DNA from: an uncultured Bacteroidota bacterium
GTDB lineage: Bacteria; Bacteroidota; Bacteroidia; UKL13-3
Assembly (NCBI GenBank): GCA_903901345.1
Contig: CAIUQQ010000216.1
Coordinates: forward strand, 3,420-67,419
Reading direction: 5' to 3'
DNA length: 64,000 bases
The position numbers and the translations under genes were made by a program. This document shows, one piece after another, positions 52,235 through 59,128 of this stretch. The notes beneath the pieces were generated by a model. That model was not told the DNA's origin. It made no database searches and worked only from the letters and a program-made list of their open reading frames with translations. Every line of letters begins with the position of its first letter. Positions within the stretch are counted from its first letter, which is position 1.

Positions 52235-52651
52235 ATGGAATTATTACTCATTAGAACATATGATGTTGTAGGGATCAATGGCACGCTTTATAATTGTGAA
52301 AAAAGTATCTGCCATACGATTGAATTACCCTGGAAAGAAAATCAAAAAATGATTTCCTGTATTCCAGAAGGTCGTTATGAAATTGTAAAAAGATATAATG
52401 CCAAATTTAAATGGCATTTCATACTTATGAACGTGCCAAATAGGTCCTTTATTTTAATTCATCCGGCTAATGATGCGCTTAAAGAATTGAAAGGGTGCAT
52501 TGCACCAGTTTTAGTTTTAGCAGCAGCAGGAAAAGGATATGAATCAAAAAAAGCATTAAAGAGTTTAATTTCTATTATTTACCCTTTACTGGATCAAAAA
52601 GAAAAAATTTATCTAACTATTAAATCAAAACCAAACAATGAGACTCATTGA
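52235..52651 (+). CDS. Small conserved Cys/His protein with a YkuD/L,D-transpeptidase-like motif (possibly the DUF5675 family); putative cell-wall-active enzyme
   Basis: ILIHPANDALKELKGCIAPV resembles the H...(S/T)xGC(I/V) catalytic signature of L,D-transpeptidase-fold enzymes. Additional conserved Cys in CEKSICHTIELPW and SCIPEGRY. Confidence 0.4.
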   Translation: MELLLIRTYDVVGINGTLYNCEKSICHTIELPWKENQKMISCIPEGRYEIVKRYNAKFKWHFILMNVPNRSFILIHPANDALKELKGCIAPVLVLAAAGKGYESKKALKSLISIIYPLLDQKEKIYLTIKSKPNNETH

Positions 52652-52883
52652 CAGATTAAAAGCACCAACACCTAAGTTTTTTAAAGTATTAAGAAATATT
52701 GGTTTAGGATTAGCCGCTGCAGGCGGTGTAATAGTTGCATCGCCAATTGCCATCCCTACAATTATTATAACCATAGGTGGTTATTTAATTGTAGCAGGAA
52801 GTGTAGCAACTGCAGTAAGCCAAATAGTAACAACTACTGAAGGCGATGCTTCGACAAGCACTGCAAACCAAAAAAATAACTGA
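52638..52883 (+). CDS. Small two-TM membrane protein (holin-like topology, 81 aa)
   Basis: Two hydrophobic helices (IGLGLAAAGGVIVASPIAI / IIITIGGYLIVAGSVATAV) and a polar tail. Overlaps the upstream gene by 14 nt. Confidence 0.45.
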   Translation: MRLIDRLKAPTPKFFKVLRNIGLGLAAAGGVIVASPIAIPTIIITIGGYLIVAGSVATAVSQIVTTTEGDASTSTANQKNN

Positions 52884-52910
52884 GTATTAATTATTAAAAT
52901 CATTATTAAA

Positions 52911-53249
52911 ATGACTGAAGAAAAAAATCAAATCGAAAAAACTCAAACTATTGTTGAGTTACAAGTTTTGCCATGTGCTAACGAAGTGGCACCAGCAAAA
53001 CAAAATGTTGAGGTATTAAACCACGAAAATCAAGATGATCCACCATGTGGTAAAATCATCTTAACAGTTACTTGTAACGGATCAAAATTAACTAAAGCAG
53101 ATTCTGGACTCGTTGAAGAATTTCAGGAAGAAGTTTGGGTGACAGTAAAAACAACAAAAGCGGATGCAGGTATTGTACCAAATATTGATTTAAGTGTTCA
53201 TGAAAGATGCACAACAAAAATGACAAAGGCTGATTCCGGTATTGCTTAA
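52911..53249 (+). CDS. Hypothetical acidic protein with three TKADSG-type repeats and four Cys (112 aa)
   Basis: Repeats LTKADSGLV / TTKADAGIV / MTKADSGIA. No signal peptide. Confidence 0.45.
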   Translation: MTEEKNQIEKTQTIVELQVLPCANEVAPAKQNVEVLNHENQDDPPCGKIILTVTCNGSKLTKADSGLVEEFQEEVWVTVKTTKADAGIVPNIDLSVHERCTTKMTKADSGIA

Positions 53250-53259
53250 AAACTAAATT

Positions 53260-53445
53260 ATGTCAACACATCATAACATAGAAAGCGGAACTATCATGGG
53301 CACTGTTTCAGGAACAGTCTTAACTGTATTAGTGAACATAGGTTCATCGGATATTATTAAAACAGTTGTCCTTGCTGTACTTGGTGCAGTGGTTAGTTTT
53401 GGAGTTTCTTTATTGTTAAAGTGGTTACTCCGAAAGTTTAAGTAA
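53260..53445 (+). CDS. Small two-TM membrane protein with a basic C-terminus (holin/antiholin-like, 61 aa)
   Basis: Hydrophobic helices VSGTVLTVLVNIG and VVLAVLGAVVSFGVSLLL, followed by KWLLRKFK. Confidence 0.4.
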   Translation: MSTHHNIESGTIMGTVSGTVLTVLVNIGSSDIIKTVVLAVLGAVVSFGVSLLLKWLLRKFK

Positions 53446-53462
53446 TTTTAAATTAATCTTTA

Positions 53463-53496
53463 AAGCCTTGCACAAAATGTGCAAGGCTTTTTTTTG
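53463..53496 (+). terminator. Strong intrinsic terminator ending the 51.5-53.4 kb operon
   Basis: 11-bp perfect inverted repeat AAGCCTTGCAC-aaaat-GTGCAAGGCTT followed by TTTTTTT. Confidence 0.85.
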
Positions 53497-53497
53497 A

Positions 53498-53920
53498 TTA
53501 CTTTTTTAAATATTTATAAAATAAAGCTTTGCGCAATTGCATTAAATAATCTAATTGTTGATTTAGATTAGTTTGCAAATTTTCAATTTGTGCTAATGTA
53601 TTTTGAACATCAGAAAATGAACGATTGCCGGTATTAACTGAGTTTAAAGTTTCTTCAATTACATCAATAACATCACCTAAGCGAATATATTCGATAACTG
53701 AGCCTTTTAGATGTTTACGAAATAAACGAAGCTCCCATAAGCCTAATAATAAGAAATAGTAAAACTCTTTTTCTTCTTTATTATCTGCCAAAAACACAAA
53801 TGAATTGCATACATAGTGATTAAATGGTTTACCAGAATTTAGACCTTTGTTTAAAATAAAGAAATGTTGTTGTTGATACATTTTACCTGATTTGTGTGTT
53901 TTGATTTTTGATTTTAACAT
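53498..53920 (-). CDS. Hypothetical protein with a C-terminal coiled coil (140 aa)
   Basis: ORF convergent with the terminator. A weak resemblance to the coiled-coil spacer of HsdS-like specificity subunits (AQIENLQTNLNQQLDYLMQLRKALF) is speculative. Confidence 0.35.
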   Translation of the reverse strand: MLKSKIKTHKSGKMYQQQHFFILNKGLNSGKPFNHYVCNSFVFLADNKEEKEFYYFLLLGLWELRLFRKHLKGSVIEYIRLGDVIDVIEETLNSVNTGNRSFSDVQNTLAQIENLQTNLNQQLDYLMQLRKALFYKYLKK

Positions 53921-54289
53921 GATGATTTTTTTAAAGGGTTTGTATCCCTTTTTTCATCTTGTGTTTTGAACCTGTTTACTACTAATTTGAAAACAAAGAA
54001 AAAACCCAAAAAAACGAGCTAAATAAAAGCCCGAAAAAAATGAAAAAAGAAAGCATTTTGAAAAGGCTGAACACTGAGGTTGCCAAGATTTTTGACAAAA
54101 AAAATACTACCTGAATGCGGCAGTATTAATAAACCTTTTACCTTAAATAATGCCGCATGAAGTGTGGAGATTATTTTTGCAAAACCCGAAGGGCTTGACC
54201 TTGCAATCCGAAAGTGGAAAGACTTAAATTGCGCCTCTTTTTTTATTTTGGAATAATTTACCTGTTACTGCATTCTATTTTTAAAATAA

Positions 54290-54830
54290 ACATCAATTGA
54301 AATGTAGAGGTAAAAGCGCCCGCGGCGTGGGAAGGAAAACGGTTGCAAAAAATGAAGTGAGGTACGAACAAAATGATTTGCAATCCGTTGTGCGGCGAGC
54401 CACCTGCGAGTGGAGAGAGGGTGTGCAGCATGGGAGCTTGAGGTACGAAAGCGGATGCAAACTATGTTGCAAGTGTGGCAAAAAGCCCCCTACATTTCCC
54501 CCAGAGGGGGAAGGCAAAAAGGCATGCCACACGATAGCAACACAAGTGCATTTTTGTTGCAATGATTTTATTGCGCTACAAAACAAAAATGCACGAAGCC
54601 CGAGCGACTATGCAGGCGAGCTGAAAAGTTGGTAGCCGGTGGACTGAAAGTGGCTGAGATGAATGAAGTGCAATGGCACCCAGTGGAAGTAGTGAAACGG
54701 ATGTAACGGGTGAATAATGGAGCGAAATGAATGAAGTGGCTTGAAGGACAGGATAGGCTACCGTGACGAAAGCACTGTGCAACGAGCAAAAAATGTGACA
54801 AACTAAAAACCCGAAGGGCAAAATAGCTTA
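54290..54830. ncRNA. Candidate large structured non-coding RNA or other non-coding element: GC-rich (>50% GC) island with stable hairpins and internal direct repeats; strand undetermined
   Basis: GC content jumps sharply against a roughly 30% background. Both strands show stop-free ORFs translating to low-complexity nonsense. 13-bp perfect stem GTGCATTTTTGTT...AACAAAAATGCAC (54546-54596). CCCCCAGAGGGGG hairpin (54489-54501). Many GNRA-like GAAA loops. Direct repeats TGAGGTACGAA x2 and AATGAATGAAGTG x2. Flanked by AAACCCGAAGGGC at 54182 and 54808. Confidence 0.3.
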
Positions 54831-55222
54831 TGCTAAAAGCCTTGAAAAGACTTAGTTAAAGCATGTGCTATTTTGGTTTGGCGCAATTTGTTGCTTGCAC
54901 CTGCTGAGGAACACCACTTTACCTTTTTCTTATTGAAATAGACGACTCAAACTGCAATATTAATTATAGTATTAAATGATGCACTTTATTGAATTGTACT
55001 AATTTCAGTTTCAAGTATTTTCACTTGAACTCGCAATTTTTTTTACTGTTTCTTAGTACTGCTTCGTTTGTAAGTTTATCTCCATTGCTAGTTTAAAGAA
55101 TAACTGCTAAAAAAATAAGACTATGCGTTAAAAAAAAGGGTAGGCAAGAATTTTAATTGAATGTGCATGCTAAAGTAAACTATTAAAAAAAATTAGTTTA
55201 AAAGATTTTTCATTTTAATATA

Positions 55223-55756
55223 TTAATCAAATTTCTCATTATTGAAATGTAATTTTATTATTTTATCTCTGAAAGTAATATATTCTTCCTTTGGGCGATT
55301 GCGGATGGCAAATTTCAAATAGAGAAGTGCCTCCTTATAATTATTTAATTTATAATAAATGCAAGCACACTTGAAATTACAATAATCGTCCCACGAATTA
55401 GATTTTAAAACTGAATAATAATCATTGATTGCATTTTTATATTCAGATAATTGTTCATAACAATTCCCTCTATTAAGATAATACTCTCTAATAGCATTCA
55501 ATGCAATAGCACTTGTAAAATTATTAATTGCCATTCGATAGTCATTATCATAATAATAATTTAAACCGATTGAGTTATAATTCATTGCCTCAGATTCGTC
55601 ATTTTTAGTAATTTTATTTACTTGATTCTTCTCTTTAATTATATTTAAATCTTCAAGTTTACTAACCGATAAGCCAAATAAACCCTTTACGATTTCTGCT
55701 AAAAATATTTTATAAAATATAATAGCAAATCCTACAATAACTATTATTCCAATCAT
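55223..55756 (-). CDS. Membrane-anchored TPR-repeat protein (177 aa)
   Basis: N-terminal TM helix (MIGIIVIVGFAIIFYKIFLA) and TPR-like repeats (YYLNRGNCYEQLSEYKNAINDY, CIYYKLNNYKEALLYLKFA). Confidence 0.55.
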   Translation of the reverse strand: MIGIIVIVGFAIIFYKIFLAEIVKGLFGLSVSKLEDLNIIKEKNQVNKITKNDESEAMNYNSIGLNYYYDNDYRMAINNFTSAIALNAIREYYLNRGNCYEQLSEYKNAINDYYSVLKSNSWDDYCNFKCACIYYKLNNYKEALLYLKFAIRNRPKEEYITFRDKIIKLHFNNEKFD

Positions 55757-55772
55757 TTTATTAGTAATTTAA

Positions 55773-58154
55773 TTATACATTAATACCAAAGCTACTAAGT
55801 TTTCTTAATGATTCAAATCCTTTTTCTATTGATAGCTCTTTGATAATTTCATTTTTATTTAGTGAATTACGAATTGATTTAAGATTTGATAATTCACCGT
55901 ACCCAAAAATTTTAGTTTTTTCACCTATAGAGATAATATTATCCCAGTCTTTTTTAGATATTAATTTAATTCTATCATAAATAACTTTTATATCAACCCC
56001 TTCATTTTCTTTCAATTTTGAAAGTGCTTTAATTTCTTCGATTAGAGAAATATTCTCAGTAATAAATTTTAATCCTTTTTTACCTACAGAGATATCTCGT
56101 AATGATAAATTTTTATTTTCTCTTAATTTATCTGTCAGTTCGGTTAGCGGTGTATTTTCTATTTCTACTGAGGGATTATCAACAATGTATTTAATTAATC
56201 CATCCCAGAATTTAATACCAAGTTTTTTTATTTCACTAATTACAAATAAAGTATCTTCAATATTTTCACCCTCTTTTTCTTTTTCTATTTCTCTTATCTC
56301 TACTATCTCCTTAGTAATAAAATAATCACTAAGATTTGAGAAATCTAAATTATATTTTACTGATTTCAATAATTTCCAACTAGATTCTCTTTTAGCGTAT
56401 TCTGATAATAATGTATTATTGGAAGATTTAAGGTGATTATATACAAAAACAATTAATTTTTTTAAAACAAGCTCTAAAGCATTCGGAACTTTTTGTTCTT
56501 CATAAATTTTCCATAAATCTAATTTGTTATCAGTAAGTTCGTGGAAATAAGACAAGGTATAAGCCACCGTAAATGATTTTAAATTAGTGTCGCCAATTGC
56601 ATCAACATTTTTTCTACCAAATAATTTATCAACTGCTTTAAATAATATTGCATTCGCTATTAATTTTTTATAAAAATTTTCGCCAGGCATTCTGTTTTTT
56701 TCACTTAACTCTTTTATTTTTTTAAGGTATTGAATGAAATTCTTTTGGGCTCCTTGTGAAACATAATGAGGCTCTAAATCCCAAATATTAATGAATTTTG
56801 CAATATCTGATTTTACAAATTTTTGATTAGTTGGATTTTGTTCCTTGAACTTTCTTTGTTGAGCTGGTGTTGTAAGTTTATTTAAAGATTCTCTATACTG
56901 ACCATTTATGCGCTCGAAATACCACAATGTAGATAAATTTCTATTGTCTGGGTCAACAACATATTTTTTTCTAGATAACGATTCAATTTGAACAAAATAG
57001 GGGTTATTAGATGTTAAATCTAATTCTGAAACTTTGTTTTGGCTATTTGCAAATCTTGCTATATTGGGAACTTCAATATTCTTTTGTTCAATATCTTTAA
57101 TTACTGTCAATTTCATTTGAACAAATACTTTACTTAAATCAGCGTCTTTAAATTTCTTTTGGGTATGAAATAACGAAGCTGTTGTTTGACCACCATTAAC
57201 GATTTGAAAATCATTCATTTTGGTTAGATAAAGCTGGTTATCAATAATTTTTGTTTCTACATTTTCAGCAGTTGCAGTAATGCCATTATTATAAGGTAAA
57301 AACATTTGCGGTTTTTCTCTTATTGTATCTCTAATTCCTTTATTGTATTTCCCTGTTTGACCTAAAAATGCACGAACATTGCTTTCTAATAATTCATTAG
57401 AAAATTCTTTGTACAATTTGGCTAAAACATCACCAGGAATAATTGCTAAATAACATTCATATAATTCATTTAAATCAGGCACTTTTAAACACTGAACACC
57501 TTGTGCATTAGAGGGAAGTAAGTCCTTAAATTCAATTTCAATAGGTTCTCTGTTACTTGATGATTCGCTTAATTTATAAAATCTTGGAATATCCCAAACA
57601 TGAACAAAAATATCTAAATCATCGAATCCTTTTATGGATGTTTTTTCCAAATCATGATTTGAATTGCCATTTATTAAAAAATAAATATTTATCCTTTCAA
57701 AGTTTGCTTTTTGCTTGAAGATTATTTTCAAAAGTTCGTTTAACTCTGCTTGTGCTGGATCGATATAATCGATATGGCCTTTCAATGCAGCATTCAAAAA
57801 TTTCTTTATTTGATTAATACATTTATTAAAATCATCTTTAGGTATATTAAAATCATAACTAGAAGAATTAAAGTGAGTAATAAATAAGTCAAGTGTTTCG
57901 AAATAAACCTTATTATCATCTTTAAATTCATCCTTAAGACAATATCCATTTATTTTCCAATCTATTCTACCTTGTGAATCCGGATGAACAAACGATAAAA
58001 CTCTTGCTCCTTCTGATTTTCCAATACCATCTAATATTTCGATACAATACTCAGTAAATTTATCTTCAAAACTTACGCCTTCTCCATCTGAATAAACTAA
58101 TGCTGCAACATCAGATTTTAAAGCTTCTAAATAATTATTTAATCCTCTTTCCAT
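55773..58154 (-). CDS. AIPR-family (abortive-infection phage-resistance-like) protein, 793 aa
   Basis: FLGQTGKYNKGIRDTI...LPYNNGITATAE matches my recollection of the AIPR core. Last gene of a five-gene overlapped operon that starts with dcm. Start overlaps the stop of the upstream gene at 58154. Confidence 0.55.
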   Translation of the reverse strand: MERGLNNYLEALKSDVAALVYSDGEGVSFEDKFTEYCIEILDGIGKSEGARVLSFVHPDSQGRIDWKINGYCLKDEFKDDNKVYFETLDLFITHFNSSSYDFNIPKDDFNKCINQIKKFLNAALKGHIDYIDPAQAELNELLKIIFKQKANFERINIYFLINGNSNHDLEKTSIKGFDDLDIFVHVWDIPRFYKLSESSSNREPIEIEFKDLLPSNAQGVQCLKVPDLNELYECYLAIIPGDVLAKLYKEFSNELLESNVRAFLGQTGKYNKGIRDTIREKPQMFLPYNNGITATAENVETKIIDNQLYLTKMNDFQIVNGGQTTASLFHTQKKFKDADLSKVFVQMKLTVIKDIEQKNIEVPNIARFANSQNKVSELDLTSNNPYFVQIESLSRKKYVVDPDNRNLSTLWYFERINGQYRESLNKLTTPAQQRKFKEQNPTNQKFVKSDIAKFINIWDLEPHYVSQGAQKNFIQYLKKIKELSEKNRMPGENFYKKLIANAILFKAVDKLFGRKNVDAIGDTNLKSFTVAYTLSYFHELTDNKLDLWKIYEEQKVPNALELVLKKLIVFVYNHLKSSNNTLLSEYAKRESSWKLLKSVKYNLDFSNLSDYFITKEIVEIREIEKEKEGENIEDTLFVISEIKKLGIKFWDGLIKYIVDNPSVEIENTPLTELTDKLRENKNLSLRDISVGKKGLKFITENISLIEEIKALSKLKENEGVDIKVIYDRIKLISKKDWDNIISIGEKTKIFGYGELSNLKSIRNSLNKNEIIKELSIEKGFESLRKLSSFGINV

Positions 58155-59125
58155 TATTTAATTAATTCAATAATTGATTCAATATTAAGACGAAAAATTT
58201 CAATAGACGAAAGTTCTATATTATAAGTTGTATTAAAAATACCAATTGGTAAATCACCGGAAACTAATTTTGGGAAGTCATTAGTAACTGAATATTTATA
58301 TGAACATTTTAGTGCGTATTGGCTATTATAATTTTCAATATCTTCATTTATATAACCAACCAATATCAATTTTTCATTGAATAATTTCAAAGCGTTATGA
58401 TTATTGGCTATTTTATTACGAATTTGATCAACAACTGAATTGAGTGAAAAGCCTTTGTCTTTAACTTGTTCCGTTACGTAAAGTACAAGGAATAGATGTG
58501 TTAAATTTTGTGCGTCTAATTGCCTTTCGCTACTTACTTTAATTTTTGGAGTTTTTGAAGATGTGAATTTCACTTCAATACCTTTAGAGCCAAATAAGAA
58601 ATCTTTATCGTCAAAATCTGGTCCAGTCCAACTTTCTAGTAAATTATCTATTGAATAATTCTCATCTAATAATGAATTGAATAATAATAATTCTCCAATT
58701 AGCCCTTTTTGTTTTTCAATAGTTAATCCCTGAAAATTTATTTTATCAAATAATTTTTTCCATTTTAAAACAACATTTGCCGTTTCAATTAACGCTTCGT
58801 TTTCTATAACACATTTTGAAATTTCTTCAAGAATATTCTCAATGAATAAACTAAAAATATCCTTTAATTGATTATCTAAAAGATAAATATTTAATTCTTT
58901 TGAATTATCAAAATCAAAAACCTGAATTAATAATCCTTTAAATTTGAATTTTTTAATCTCTGGGATTTTTGCGTTTACAGAAGTTTCGAGTATGAATAAG
59001 TGATTACCTGTTATGTGATTAGTTGCCGCATAACACTTAAATTGAGGTATTTCTTCAATCCTCGTTTTAATAATAATTTCATCTGTTGGCGACTGATTAG
59101 CCCAAATTGATTTAATGTCAATCAT
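58154..59125 (-). CDS. PD-(D/E)xK-family nuclease-like protein (323 aa)
   Basis: KGLIGELLLFNSLL ... PDFDDKDFLF ... GIEVKFTSS gives the E...D...E-V-K spacing of the restriction-endonuclease fold. Confidence 0.6.
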   Translation of the reverse strand: MIDIKSIWANQSPTDEIIIKTRIEEIPQFKCYAATNHITGNHLFILETSVNAKIPEIKKFKFKGLLIQVFDFDNSKELNIYLLDNQLKDIFSLFIENILEEISKCVIENEALIETANVVLKWKKLFDKINFQGLTIEKQKGLIGELLLFNSLLDENYSIDNLLESWTGPDFDDKDFLFGSKGIEVKFTSSKTPKIKVSSERQLDAQNLTHLFLVLYVTEQVKDKGFSLNSVVDQIRNKIANNHNALKLFNEKLILVGYINEDIENYNSQYALKCSYKYSVTNDFPKLVSGDLPIGIFNTTYNIELSSIEIFRLNIESIIELIK

Positions 59126-59128
59126 GAT

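Noticed and set aside
53498-53920. Assignment of the 140-aa coiled-coil protein as a type I R-M specificity (HsdS) fragment
   Set aside because: Only a vague resemblance of the C-terminal heptad region, and the motif order does not match HsdS. Kept as hypothetical.
54293-54821. Four overlapping ORFs (77-112 aa) on both strands in the GC-rich segment
   Set aside because: Mutually overlapping on both strands. Translations are low-complexity (CCKCGKKPPTFPPEGEGKK...). Long stop-free frames are expected in GC-rich non-coding sequence. Treated as a non-coding element instead.
54170-54870. Possibility that the GC-rich element is RNase P RNA, tmRNA, SRP RNA or 6S RNA
   Set aside because: None of the universal motifs I can recall are present: no GGAAAGTCCGG or ACAGAACCCGGCTTA for RNase P, no tag-peptide ORF with a tRNA-like GGTTCGAnTCC end for tmRNA, and nothing fitting SRP or 6S.
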